From the IMG/VR virus record IMGVR_UViG_3300010338_000575: 64,000 nt of DNA; one strand, 5' to 3'. This document shows, piece by piece, positions 29,492 to 40,130 of the stretch. Under the pieces are notes generated by a model. It ran no database searches. It was not told where the DNA came from and saw nothing but the letters and a program-made list of their open reading frames with translations. The stretch is from a virus (taxonomy: Duplodnaviria > Caudoviricetes). A program made the translations under genes and the position numbers. The number at the start of each line of letters is the position of its first letter. Position 1 is the first letter of the stretch.

Positions 29492-31153
29492 ATGGGATTT
29501 TTAATGGAAAGTGCAGAAGTTGGTAATATTGGATTAAAACAACTTCGTGAACAAAGAGAAATTATTGTTAATAGATGGGATAAAATCGGACTACTTGAAG
29601 GTCTGGAAGGTAATGTTAAGGAAAACTGTGCACAATTGTTTGAAAATCAATTGTCATATATGATTAACGAATCTAGCGATTCGTCATCAAGCGGACAATT
29701 TGAAACAGTTGCATTCCCAGTAATTCGTAGGGTTTTTGCAAAACTTCTTGCAAATGATATTGTATCAGTACAAGCACTTAATTTACCTATTGGTAAACTA
29801 TTCTTTATCAACCCAAGAACTAGTGTTAGAGTTAATGGTTTACATACTTCACCCGATGGTGCATATGGTAATGCTGCTGAAAAATTACCCAACGAAATGA
29901 CACAATTCGAATCACGTTCATTATACGATGCATTCTATGCAACTGAGTATGGTGATGAGGGTGAATCGCTATTTGACCGTTCAAAGGGTAGTGTTAATGA
30001 AGTGGTTGTTACTGGCATCACACCTACTGCACCATTCACAATCGGTTCTGATAAATTTGCAACAATTGTTGTTGGTGGATTTTCAACATCAAATGATGGT
30101 AAATTAGTAGGTCCTGCTGGTACTCCAATTGATACCGAATCGTTCCTTGCTGGTTTAAAAGTAAGTGCTGATGTTAATTTAACCGCACCTGCACCATATA
30201 CATCAGAATCTATTGCTGCTGGTGAATCAATACCATATAATGTTAAAGTACAAAAATATGGTCAGGGTATTGTTAATAAGAATGGTGAAATTACATTAAT
30301 TGTAGACCTGCAATATCCCGGAACTAATGGTTATCAACCATTAAGTGCAGCAACATCACCAAAATTCACCATTACATATAAAACATACAGTGACCTTGAA
30401 GAAGATTCACGTATGGCTGAAGTTAATTTCACATTAGATCAGGTAACTGTTTCTGTTGAAACACGTAAGTTACGTTCAATGTGGACTCCTGAACTTGCAC
30501 AAGACGTAAGCGCATTCCACAATATTGATGCTGAAGCAGAATTAACCGCTTTATTATCAGAACAAATGGCAGCCGAAATCGACCGTGAAATTCTTCGTGA
30601 TTTACGTAGGGGTGCTGCTTGGACTGCTCGTTGGGATTATAACGGATTACGTAAGGGTACTTCAACCTACTATGGTGTACAAAAGGATTGGAATCAAACA
30701 CTTGTTACAAAAATTAATCAAATTTCAGCACAAATTCACAAATCAACACTTCGTGGTGGTGCTTCATTTATCGTAGTTTCGCCTGAAATTTCTGCAGTGT
30801 TTGATGATCTTGAATATTTCCACGTTTCAAACGCTTCACCTGAACAGGATAAGTATAATATGGGTATTGAAAAAATTGGTGTTCTTAGTGGTCGTTATAT
30901 TGTATATCGTGATCCATATGCACCCGCAAATACCCTTCTGATTGGTCATAAAGGTAATAGCATACTTGAAACAGGTTATATTTATGCACCATACATTCCA
31001 ATGCAACTAACACCTGTTATGTACAATCCTTTTGACTTCACACCAATACGTGGTATTTTAACTCGTTACGCAAAGAAAATGGTTCTTAACCGTTACTACG
31101 GTAGAATTTTCTGCGATGGTCTACAAACCTTTGGAATTGGTGATTTACAATAA
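29492..31153 (+). CDS. Major capsid protein (T4 gp23-like)
   Basis: TRKLRSMWTPELAQD, DAEAEL...EIDREI, YAPYIP, RGILTRYA. Confidence 0.97.
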   Translation: MGFLMESAEVGNIGLKQLREQREIIVNRWDKIGLLEGLEGNVKENCAQLFENQLSYMINESSDSSSSGQFETVAFPVIRRVFAKLLANDIVSVQALNLPIGKLFFINPRTSVRVNGLHTSPDGAYGNAAEKLPNEMTQFESRSLYDAFYATEYGDEGESLFDRSKGSVNEVVVTGITPTAPFTIGSDKFATIVVGGFSTSNDGKLVGPAGTPIDTESFLAGLKVSADVNLTAPAPYTSESIAAGESIPYNVKVQKYGQGIVNKNGEITLIVDLQYPGTNGYQPLSAATSPKFTITYKTYSDLEEDSRMAEVNFTLDQVTVSVETRKLRSMWTPELAQDVSAFHNIDAEAELTALLSEQMAAEIDREILRDLRRGAAWTARWDYNGLRKGTSTYYGVQKDWNQTLVTKINQISAQIHKSTLRGGASFIVVSPEISAVFDDLEYFHVSNASPEQDKYNMGIEKIGVLSGRYIVYRDPYAPANTLLIGHKGNSILETGYIYAPYIPMQLTPVMYNPFDFTPIRGILTRYAKKMVLNRYYGRIFCDGLQTFGIGDLQ

Positions 31154-31174
31154 TAAATATTGTTAATTAGTAAT

Positions 31175-31204
31175 AAAAATGGCTACGATTTAGTAGCCAT
31201 TTTT
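31175..31204 (+). terminator. Intrinsic terminator
   Basis: AAAAATGGCTAC-GATTTA-GTAGCCATTTTT. Confidence 0.85.
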
Positions 31205-31333
31205 ATTTTAATATATAATAAAAAACATATAAAATAATCAACAACCAAAGTATTTATACATGTATTTTAATGGATGTGATGAAAAAAAATATAATAACAA
31301 TACTATTATTATTAATATCAACAATACGAAAGG

Positions 31334-31549
31334 ATGATTAGCGATCAAAAAGAACAAAATAGAATATTTTACGATAAATTAAGCGATATTAATAGTGCTA
31401 TTAGCGTATTAAACGCAAATATAAACGCATTAAATAAAAACTATACGAATATACAAGAACAAACAAATGGTACATTCGATAGTAATGTTACATTAAATAA
31501 TCAAGAAATTATTAACAATAATACATTAGCACAATTTGAACATTATTAG
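31334..31549 (+). CDS. Small hypothetical protein
   Basis: Coiled-coil ORF with late motif upstream. Confidence 0.45.
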   Translation: MISDQKEQNRIFYDKLSDINSAISVLNANINALNKNYTNIQEQTNGTFDSNVTLNNQEIINNNTLAQFEHY

Positions 31550-31824
31550 TCTTTCATTACCTCAATACGCTTAATATATGAAAAACCTTCAGAAAGATTT
31601 TCATAAACTGTAACTCTTTCTTCTAATTGATTATATACCTTTATCATTGTTGATTGTATTGTATCTAAATCAACATTTTTATTAACTTCATATACACTAA
31701 AATCAATCCAATCTAAATTATTAATTTTATATTGACCATAAAAAACTAATAAATCATCCAATGGCTTGTATTTAACTAAAATTCTAAATTTTGGTTTGTT
31801 ATCAATTTTTACTATCCATTCCAT
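31546..31824 (-). CDS. Hypothetical protein
   Basis: Follows the helicase in the same operon. Confidence 0.6.
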   Translation of the reverse strand: MEWIVKIDNKPKFRILVKYKPLDDLLVFYGQYKINNLDWIDFSVYEVNKNVDLDTIQSTMIKVYNQLEERVTVYENLSEGFSYIKRIEVMKD

Positions 31825-31841
31825 AATAAATTATTTTTATT

Positions 31842-33323
31842 TTATTTCTCATCACTCCAATTATAATCAAAAATTAATTCATATTTTGCTCTTGTATATG
31901 CAATATATTCCAAATTTTTTTCTTGAATATATTGCCAAGATTTTGTGTTTTTCATTGGTAATAAATCGGGTCTTATAATGAAAACTCTATCTGCCTCAAG
32001 ACCCTTAACTTTATGAACAGTACTTAATACAATACCATGTAATTCATCGGTAAATATTGTTTTTATTTTATACTTTAAATCTGAAATGTTATCAGATATT
32101 TTTGCCAAAAATAATAAAGTATTTACTTTATCCGCTAAATTAGCATATCCATTATGATCATCTGGATTTAATATACCTTGTGATTTTAAATCATTCGCAT
32201 AATTTTCCAATTCAATTGTCCAAAAATTAATTAATTTATCAATTGTTTTAACATTACCGATTAATTCAATGAGATGTATACCAATATCAGACCCTTTTAT
32301 AATTGCTTTTTTTCCTTTCGATAAAAATTCAAAAAATAATTTAACCAATGGTGTTGTTGTTCTACATATTACAAAATCACCATCTCTCGTTTCATCGAGT
32401 ACATTACCATCCCTAACAATACCATCAGGTGCATCTGGCAATGCTTTAATATCGGGAACAATTTCCTGTGCTTTTTTTATTACATTTTTTGAACATCTAA
32501 ATGATATCGATAATTGTAACGATTTTGTATTTGGAAATTTTTCAAACCATTCGAATGATTTATCATCAGTACCATTAAAACCATAGATTGTTTGAAAATT
32601 ATCACCAACACTAACCAATCGACCAATTATTTTACCAGTTTTTTTATCTTTTTTTAGTGTTTTTTCAATTATTTTTATTTGACATCGATTTAAATCTTGG
32701 GCTTCGTCAACAAATACATAATCTTGTGGAAATAACCATATACTACTATCAATTGCAGGTAAGTATATCATATCAATATAATCGTATGTGGTTCTATCGT
32801 TTGTTGAATCATCAAGTATTTTCAACGTTCTTTTTATATCTTTAGGTTTTGATATCGGTATATCAAATCTATCACAAAGATAGGGGATATAGTCAATATT
32901 TGTTGTTAATGTTAATCTACATAAATTAACCAATTTTTTTATATTATTTAAGTATAAATTAATCTCATCTTCATTATCATTAAACTCAACCGACAAATCC
33001 CAATTTTTTGATTTTTTTTGAATTATTTTATCAATCTTAAATTCATCAAAAACAATTTTATCACCATATTTTCTTTTTATTGCAGAAACACCAAGACCAT
33101 ACGTAGTATAACATCTAACATATTCTGGCAATTTTGTTTTCAACTCTTCTTGAATATGTTTATTGAATGCTAAATACAGTATTTTTTTATCCTTAGGTAA
33201 TAATTTAACAGCCTCAACAATCGTTGTTGTTTTACCAGTACCCGCAAATGCTTTTATTAATATATTTTCAGGTCTATTTTTTATAAAATGAAATATTCTG
33301 TTCTGTTCGTCAGTTGCCTTCAT
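31842..33323 (-). CDS. UvrD/Rep-like SF1 helicase
   Basis: AFAGTGKT, VDEAQD, GDNFQTIYGF, SFRC, STVHKVKGLE, YIAYTRA. Confidence 0.93.
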   Translation of the reverse strand: MKATDEQNRIFHFIKNRPENILIKAFAGTGKTTTIVEAVKLLPKDKKILYLAFNKHIQEELKTKLPEYVRCYTTYGLGVSAIKRKYGDKIVFDEFKIDKIIQKKSKNWDLSVEFNDNEDEINLYLNNIKKLVNLCRLTLTTNIDYIPYLCDRFDIPISKPKDIKRTLKILDDSTNDRTTYDYIDMIYLPAIDSSIWLFPQDYVFVDEAQDLNRCQIKIIEKTLKKDKKTGKIIGRLVSVGDNFQTIYGFNGTDDKSFEWFEKFPNTKSLQLSISFRCSKNVIKKAQEIVPDIKALPDAPDGIVRDGNVLDETRDGDFVICRTTTPLVKLFFEFLSKGKKAIIKGSDIGIHLIELIGNVKTIDKLINFWTIELENYANDLKSQGILNPDDHNGYANLADKVNTLLFLAKISDNISDLKYKIKTIFTDELHGIVLSTVHKVKGLEADRVFIIRPDLLPMKNTKSWQYIQEKNLEYIAYTRAKYELIFDYNWSDEK

Positions 33324-33795
33324 ATGATGAAATTAATTTCCAATGATTATTATTATCTTCGTCTATATCTAATTCAAAAATAGATTTTTCTTCAAGAATC
33401 AAAACTCTTAATCCTTTTTTTATTTCAAATAATTTATTATTAAAAAAATAATAACTATAACGTTTCATACTTTCCAATTCTTGAAATGAATTGGCGGTAA
33501 AATGGTATTTTGAATTAAATAAAAATGACACATCACCTGATGTTTTCATTTTTTCAATCAAAATTTTTGCAAACTCATCACTTATTTGACCAATTATTTC
33601 CGTACATTCCTTTAATTTATTTTTTGTATTTTCACTTATATTATAATTTACATTATTCTGTAAATGATAAAAAATATAATAAGTTACTTCAATGGCAAAA
33701 AATTTATCTTCAGGATTATCATCATGTTCATCAGATAATACTAAAAATGGTCTGCCGTTTTTATCAATATCAATATCATATTCAATATTAAACAT
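33310..33795 (-). CDS. Hypothetical protein
   Basis: Overlaps helicase start; TATATTTG host-type promoter upstream. Confidence 0.65.
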   Translation of the reverse strand: MFNIEYDIDIDKNGRPFLVLSDEHDDNPEDKFFAIEVTYYIFYHLQNNVNYNISENTKNKLKECTEIIGQISDEFAKILIEKMKTSGDVSFLFNSKYHFTANSFQELESMKRYSYYFFNNKLFEIKKGLRVLILEEKSIFELDIDEDNNNHWKLISSYEGN

Positions 33796-33917
33796 AATAA
33801 ATCACAATTAACGACTACAAATATAGTATATTTTATAAAAAAAACATAATATTTTTTTATACAAAAAAAGTATTTATTTAAAATAAACATTATGTTTAAT
33901 ATTAAACAAGTATAAAT

Positions 33918-35042
33918 ATGGCATTAATTTCAACAGCAGAAAAAAATAAACTTTATTTACACGTTAAACACGAATTGGGATATCCGCTAAGACCATTTGA
34001 AATTAAAGACGAAATGATGGATTCGTATTTAGAAATGGTGATTGAAGATTATTCATCTATTGTTAATAGTTGGCTAATTGAACAACAATGGGTTGGTATT
34101 GAAGGTATTAAAATGAGCAGTAATAATGATTTATTACAAGCAATAACTTATAAGTCCAACCATTATATGGAATCGTTTACATATGCATATTCAAAACAAT
34201 TGGGTTTAGGTACAAACGCACCAGCATCGAATAAATGGGAATTAAAAAGAGATTTTATTATAACTGAAGAAAACACACAACATTATATTATACCAAAAGG
34301 TCGTGAAATTAATGAAGTTTTGTGGGAAACACCACCCGAAATCGATGGTGGATTGGTTGACCCATTTGCATTAAATGCTTGGAGTGCTGGTATGATGGGT
34401 ATGTCATATCTTGGTAGACCAGCATTATATGTTCAACCAACATATTCAATACTATTAAGCGCACAAGATAGACGAATGAAACAAAAAGTGTTGCAATCAA
34501 CATTGACTTATCGTATAACTGGTTTGGCAAGTGGTGAAAAAATGTTACACTTATATCCAATACCCAATAGTAGACATGAAATTGCACCATCATGGGGTAA
34601 ACATTATGCTGGTAGAAAGGTTTGGTATTGGTATTATGATACAACATCGGATGAAGAAAGAGAAAAATGTATTGATGAAAATGACGATGTGGTTAGATTA
34701 CCGTCCGATCCACCAATAAAAGTGTTGAAATGGGAAAAATTAAACGATGTTGCACGTCAACAAATACGTAATTTATTAATTGCAAAGGTTAAAATTGTTA
34801 TCGGCGGTATTCGTGGTTTTTATAGTGGTGAACTTGGTGTTGCTGAAAAACAGTTAACTATGGATTATCGACATTTATTAGATGAGGGTCTTAAATTAAA
34901 AGAAGATACTGAAAAAATTATAAAAGAAACTTTGGATAAAATAAGTCAAGAAAAATTAACTGAAACCCGTGCAAAAATTGCTGAAAATGTGAATAAAGAA
35001 CGTGGTTATCAGCCACCACAATACCCAATAATACCAATATAA
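33918..35042 (+). CDS. Neck protein (gp13-like)
   Basis: HELGYP...EI N-terminus, C-terminal PP..I, position. Confidence 0.75.
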   Translation: MALISTAEKNKLYLHVKHELGYPLRPFEIKDEMMDSYLEMVIEDYSSIVNSWLIEQQWVGIEGIKMSSNNDLLQAITYKSNHYMESFTYAYSKQLGLGTNAPASNKWELKRDFIITEENTQHYIIPKGREINEVLWETPPEIDGGLVDPFALNAWSAGMMGMSYLGRPALYVQPTYSILLSAQDRRMKQKVLQSTLTYRITGLASGEKMLHLYPIPNSRHEIAPSWGKHYAGRKVWYWYYDTTSDEEREKCIDENDDVVRLPSDPPIKVLKWEKLNDVARQQIRNLLIAKVKIVIGGIRGFYSGELGVAEKQLTMDYRHLLDEGLKLKEDTEKIIKETLDKISQEKLTETRAKIAENVNKERGYQPPQYPIIPI

Positions 35043-35061
35043 TATTATATGTTAGTTTGAT

Positions 35062-35604
35062 ATGAAAAAAAAGAAACAATATCTTGATTTAGAAGAAGAA
35101 CGTTATGGATTATTTATGACTGATAATTCATTTGAGTTAGATGTTTTATATGGTATGAATTATTTACAAACCGATAACGTTCAAGAAATCATTTTACACA
35201 AAATAAATGTAATTGAAACTAAATCACATTCATTATATGGTCAAGCAAAAGCAAAAGATAAAAAATTCATGACACCAATAAAACTCAATGCAATGGTTAC
35301 TGTTGAAGATGCAAAACAAGAATATTATGGCAATGGGGGTATTTCAAGAGATGATACTGGTAGATTGATTATTGGTATATATCTTAATGAATTGAAAAAT
35401 AAAAACGTTGAAATTGATAGAGGTGATATTATTGAATATAATATGAGTGGTGAAAAGAATAGATATTATGAAGTTGAAAACGCTAATTATATTAGCGATG
35501 AAACTAAAAAAACTATTGGTGGTTTTAAACCATACTGGAAAAAAATTATTGCAATTCCAGTTAAAGAAGATATTGTACCCTTTATTAACGAATCAAATGG
35601 TTAA
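35062..35604 (+). CDS. Head closure protein (gp14-like)
   Basis: SLYGQA, GDIIEY...YYEV; follows the neck gene. Confidence 0.65.
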   Translation: MKKKKQYLDLEEERYGLFMTDNSFELDVLYGMNYLQTDNVQEIILHKINVIETKSHSLYGQAKAKDKKFMTPIKLNAMVTVEDAKQEYYGNGGISRDDTGRLIIGIYLNELKNKNVEIDRGDIIEYNMSGEKNRYYEVENANYISDETKKTIGGFKPYWKKIIAIPVKEDIVPFINESNG

Positions 35605-35639
35605 AATTCTTTAAATAAGAAAATATAAATCTTCTATAT

Positions 35640-35771
35640 ATAAAACGTTTTGCGGCTTGGCGTAGTGGCGGATTTTTAGCACAAAAGTTCAATCGAAGAA
35701 CTGCACTTTGATTTAGCACTAAACTGTCATAAAAATGGTTCACCCGCCATTTCGCCAAACTGCTGTTGTGC
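35640..35771. repeat. attC-like imperfect inverted repeat at the end of the MTase gene
   Basis: AAC...GCGGCTTGGCGTAGTGGCGG / CCGCCATTTCGCCAAACTGC...GTTGTGC. Confidence 0.6.
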
Positions 35772-37566
35772 GTTGTGCTTCTTCATCCGTCAATGCGAAA
35801 ATGTCCATTTGCTTCGCTAATTGTCTTTGTTTTAATGTTTGTAAAAAGTCTTCCCACTTGTCATGTGAAACCTGTAAATTGTAATTTTTATTTATTGAAT
35901 TGATTTCTGTCTGTAACGCTACGTCTGAAAATTGTGTTGCTAATTTGTAAAGGTCAATTCGCATTAAAATGTCTTTTGTGAAAGTCCGTTTTGCATCTGA
36001 AAATGTAATGGCTTGTAGTAATTCTTTTGTCTTGTCAGAATTTAGAAGAATGGTTGTGTAAGCAGCAAATTCAATGTTGTCGAAGCCTAAAAAATAACAA
36101 GTGTCGTCAAGCATCAAAGGCTTGTCGTCCAAAGGTAAAATTATACTGAATGTAAATGTTTTGTAAAGTCCTGAAATTGCAACCTTGTATGGTAAAAAAG
36201 AGTAGTCGCCAATTCCGAATATCGAGAAGTCAGGTTTGTTGTTATAAATGCTTGATTTTCTCTGGTCGAAATATGCTTTATGTGAATGCAAATATCTGAA
36301 TGTGTTAGGATATTTCTGTTTGATAAAGGAAGTGTCCTGTCCCACCTTTTTCTGTGTGATTATGGTGAATTTTCTTGGTTGGTTGATAACAGTTTGTTTT
36401 AAATCGGAACTTTTAAGCACTCCAAAAACCAAGTCTTCTTCAAGGTTTACTTCTTCTTGTTTTCCATTCACAAAATGTCCGTTTACACGTTCTAACTCCA
36501 TTATAGAAGACAAGTCGTGTTTGATACCTTGTCGCCACTCAAACGGACAAACTCCGTCAATATTAAAACTATGTTTATATAAATCAGTATTGGAAACAAA
36601 CTTGTCAGCAACCCAACCAAACTCTTTTACATTTTTTGTTGGTTGGTAAAAATTAAATTCTTTACAAGTGTATTCAGGTTTAGAATTTAGTTTGCAAAAA
36701 AGCAAAGCAGCTTCTACTGAAACGCCAAATTCTTTTTTGCAATCAATTGTTAGTTTTTCGATGTCTGAAATCTTGTATTTTCTTTGGTATTGGTCATACA
36801 CTACATTTTTAATTACCGAATTTTTTACTAAAAATGCCAAATGTCCGTTTGAGTTTTGGAAAGCATCAAACATCATAAGTGTGATGTATTCACCAATATC
36901 AAAATTTCCTTTTCCTGTAATAGCATCAAAACCATTATGCTTTTTAAAGTTTGATTTTTGAGGCAGATTATTTGAATCCAAACTACTCAATTTAGAATTT
37001 GTAACCCAAGGCGGATTTCCCAAAACCAAAATTTCATCTCTGGATTTACTTACAAGTGAGCCAAAATCAAAATCAAATACATTGAAGTGAAAAATCTCGA
37101 TTTTAGGTTTGCGTTTACTTGGGTTAGAAATATAAAACTCAATGATATTAAATTTTGTCTCCCATGTGTATGGCTTGTATATTTCAACTCCAATAATCGT
37201 TTCGATATGATTGAATGATGAAAGTGCAGCAACGATGAAGTTTCCCTTCCCACAAGTTGGCTCAATGACAAGTTTGGGGTTTACTTTTTTCTGAGTTTTA
37301 AGAAAATGCGTAACAGCTTTTGCCAAATTTTGATTGGTCTGAAAGTCACCATATTCGGTGCGATCAGGTTCAGCTACAATATTCTGTGTTAATGAAATTG
37401 CATCTTTGAAAACTTCATATTCTTCCTGACTACCAAAGAAATTATTGATGTTGAAGGCATCAACTAATTTTTCATTGGCAGTTTCAAAAAGATTAACTTG
37501 ACTTAACTTTTTATTGAGCAAGTCAGCTACTTGATGGGAAATATTTGCTTCAAATATTTTCATCAA
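35740..37566 (-). CDS. N6-adenine DNA methyltransferase, horizontally acquired
   Basis: YGDFQT, IEPTCGKGNF, LGNPPW; codon usage visibly less AT-biased than the flanks. Confidence 0.88.
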   Translation of the reverse strand: MMKIFEANISHQVADLLNKKLSQVNLFETANEKLVDAFNINNFFGSQEEYEVFKDAISLTQNIVAEPDRTEYGDFQTNQNLAKAVTHFLKTQKKVNPKLVIEPTCGKGNFIVAALSSFNHIETIIGVEIYKPYTWETKFNIIEFYISNPSKRKPKIEIFHFNVFDFDFGSLVSKSRDEILVLGNPPWVTNSKLSSLDSNNLPQKSNFKKHNGFDAITGKGNFDIGEYITLMMFDAFQNSNGHLAFLVKNSVIKNVVYDQYQRKYKISDIEKLTIDCKKEFGVSVEAALLFCKLNSKPEYTCKEFNFYQPTKNVKEFGWVADKFVSNTDLYKHSFNIDGVCPFEWRQGIKHDLSSIMELERVNGHFVNGKQEEVNLEEDLVFGVLKSSDLKQTVINQPRKFTIITQKKVGQDTSFIKQKYPNTFRYLHSHKAYFDQRKSSIYNNKPDFSIFGIGDYSFLPYKVAISGLYKTFTFSIILPLDDKPLMLDDTCYFLGFDNIEFAAYTTILLNSDKTKELLQAITFSDAKRTFTKDILMRIDLYKLATQFSDVALQTEINSINKNYNLQVSHDKWEDFLQTLKQRQLAKQMDIFALTDEEAQRTTAVWRNGG

Positions 37567-37676
37567 CTTTTCTTTTTATGAACGATTTGTTCGTCAATGT
37601 TGTATTTTTAAAATGACAAATAAGAAATTCATACTTTTGATTTTCTTTATAATACTCATCAACTGCAGTATAATTC

Positions 37677-37925
37677 TTACTCATTTTTATGATTGTTGAT
37701 TTTTTGCTTTATTTTATTTAATTCATCAACCAATTTTTTGTGTTGATCTTTCGATTGTATGCCTAAATCATCACCAAAATCACAAAAAACATCAATCACA
37801 AAGTTGATATACTCCTTTTCTTTTTTTGAAAATATTATGGTTTTTCTTAATAAAATGAAAATTGATGCAGATAATAAAGCCACAATCAATAATAGTAACA
37901 CTATTATAGCATATAGCATTAACAT
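37677..37925 (-). CDS. Small membrane protein
   Basis: N-terminal TM. Confidence 0.6.
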   Translation of the reverse strand: MLMLYAIIVLLLLIVALLSASIFILLRKTIIFSKKEKEYINFVIDVFCDFGDDLGIQSKDQHKKLVDELNKIKQKINNHKNE

Positions 37926-37934
37926 TAATTCATT

Positions 37935-38966
37935 TTATTTTTTTAACCCTGTAAATAATTCAGCCTTTATTGCATCGTGATGATAATATCCCATAATTTC
38001 AAAATCATCAAATGTTAAATTTTCAATATCTTCAATAGTATTTAATTCTTTTTTAATATTTAATTTAGGTGATGGGTATGGTTTTCTTTTCAATTGTTCC
38101 ATTGCCATCGGTATGTGTTCTTTATACAAATGAACATCACCACCAATCCAAGTTGCAGTACCAGCAATCATATTACACGTTTTAGCAATTATCATCAATA
38201 ATAGAGACATACTTGCTAAATTAAATGGTACGCCCAAAAACATATCAGCACTACGTTGATACATATTTAAATCTAAATAAAATTTAGGTGCGTTAAGTTT
38301 ATCCAAATCATCGTGAGTGTATTCTTTATTTTCATTCAAAACATTTACATATTCAACCCTTTCTTCAATAGTTAATGGTCTTACAATAAAATGATATAAC
38401 AAATGACACGGTGGTAATGCCATTTTATTAAAATCACTAATATTCCAAGCATCTAATATATGATATCTACTATATGGATTTGTTTTTAATCCATTGATTA
38501 TTCCATTAATTTGGTCAACGCCGTTTTGATTTCTCCATTGATAACCATAAACCTTACCCAAATCACCGTATTTATACACATTCATTGTAAATCCATTCTT
38601 ATCGGGATATGAATACATTGCACCATCTTTAACTTTTTTCAAAAATTCATCAATTGTTAATTTAGGTGCATTGTGTTCTTTTACATATTTTTCATTATAC
38701 CATCTAAACGCATCATCATTCCAAATATTAACATTATTATCAACCAAATACTTAATATTTGTATCACCTTTAAGAAACCATAATAATTCGATAATAACAC
38801 CCTTTATATAAATTTTTTTTGTTGTTATTAACGGAAAACCCTTACGTAAATCCATTTTAATGCTAGCACCAGTAATACCAATCGTATTTGGCATATTAGC
38901 CCTACCACTTTCCTTTTCTCGACCATTATCAAGAATTGTTTGTAATATATCTAAATATTGCTTCAT
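37935..38966 (-). CDS. thyA: Thymidylate synthase
   Basis: ELLWFLKG, YGYQWR, MALPPCH, YQRSADMFLGVPFN, HLY. Confidence 0.97.
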   Translation of the reverse strand: MKQYLDILQTILDNGREKESGRANMPNTIGITGASIKMDLRKGFPLITTKKIYIKGVIIELLWFLKGDTNIKYLVDNNVNIWNDDAFRWYNEKYVKEHNAPKLTIDEFLKKVKDGAMYSYPDKNGFTMNVYKYGDLGKVYGYQWRNQNGVDQINGIINGLKTNPYSRYHILDAWNISDFNKMALPPCHLLYHFIVRPLTIEERVEYVNVLNENKEYTHDDLDKLNAPKFYLDLNMYQRSADMFLGVPFNLASMSLLLMIIAKTCNMIAGTATWIGGDVHLYKEHIPMAMEQLKRKPYPSPKLNIKKELNTIEDIENLTFDDFEIMGYYHHDAIKAELFTGLKK

Positions 38967-38977
38967 ATGTTTATTAT

Positions 38978-39412
38978 TTAAATACCAGTTGAACCAAAAC
39001 CACCCGAATTTCTTTGCGTTTCTTCCAATTTATCTGTAACAACTAAATTAACTTTTACATATTCACTAATAATCATTTGTGCAATTTTATCACCATTTTT
39101 TATAACAAATGGTTTATCCCCCAAATTAATTAAACAAATCTTAATTTCACCACGATAATCACTATCAATAGTACCCGGTGTGTTTAATACCGTAATTCCA
39201 TGCTTACATGCCAAACCAGAACGTGGTCTTATTTGTGCTTCGTAATTTTCATCTAATTGAATATAAATCCCTGTGGGTATTAATACTCTTTGCATCGGTT
39301 CAATTGTTATTTCATTATCTAAAAAAGCGTATAAATCTAAACCCGATGAACCTTTAGTTGCATAATTTGGTAATGGATTGTTTGATTTGTTAATAATTAG
39401 TACATTTGTCAT
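38978..39412 (-). CDS. dut: Trimeric dUTPase
   Basis: SGLDL, RPRSGLA, GTIDSDYRGE, GGFGSTG. Confidence 0.97.
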   Translation of the reverse strand: MTNVLIINKSNNPLPNYATKGSSGLDLYAFLDNEITIEPMQRVLIPTGIYIQLDENYEAQIRPRSGLACKHGITVLNTPGTIDSDYRGEIKICLINLGDKPFVIKNGDKIAQMIISEYVKVNLVVTDKLEETQRNSGGFGSTGI

Positions 39413-39422
39413 AATAAAAAAA

Positions 39423-39716
39423 TTAAATTAATTCGTTATAGTTATTAATATCATTCAATTTTTTAAAAAATTCATCAATATCGATATCATCACTCAATTC
39501 ACTCACAATTTCATTATACTCATTTAATATTTTTTGGTTGTTTGCAAACATTTCATCAATTTTTGATATTGCAAATCTTGCTTGTGAACCATATTCATCT
39601 AATTCAATATTGGACGGTTTATTTTCCAATTTTATATAATTGGAAGCATCAGCATAAAACTGTAATGCTTTTTTTAATAATTCAATCAAATTTTGATATT
39701 CCTCAATATTATTCAT
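39423..39716 (-). CDS. Hypothetical protein
   Basis: Operonic ORF. Confidence 0.6.
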   Translation of the reverse strand: MNNIEEYQNLIELLKKALQFYADASNYIKLENKPSNIELDEYGSQARFAISKIDEMFANNQKILNEYNEIVSELSDDIDIDEFFKKLNDINNYNELI

Positions 39717-40053
39717 CTATATTTTCATTTTTTTCCTTCATATTGTTTATTACTTCATTAACTTCATTAATTTCATTTGGGTATAATGTAAATTCTTTTC
39801 TATATGGAAACTCTTTATTATTTCTTATTTTTTGATGAAAAAATTTCCCTTGAGATTCTGATTTTTCAAACTCATCGTATATTTCTTGTGTAATATTACC
39901 ATACGAGTATGTTTCGCCTCTTTTAAATGCGATATAGAGTCTTTTCATGTTGGGAAAATATGTGGTTTTTAATATGTTATCAGAATCAAAAATTGATTCT
40001 ATATAACCAATTTTCTGATTTTCATCTAAAATTTCTTTTCTCAAAACAAGCAT
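39709..40053 (-). CDS. KTSC domain protein
   Basis: S.NI...Y....LYIAFKRGETYSY...Y..F....SQGKFF...IR. Confidence 0.85.
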   Translation of the reverse strand: MLVLRKEILDENQKIGYIESIFDSDNILKTTYFPNMKRLYIAFKRGETYSYGNITQEIYDEFEKSESQGKFFHQKIRNNKEFPYRKEFTLYPNEINEVNEVINNMKEKNENIDE

Positions 40054-40130
40054 AATAAATAGTATTTTACTATATGCAAAGTAAATATAAATATATGATT
40101 TTTGCAAGTATTTATAAAAAAATATTTAAA

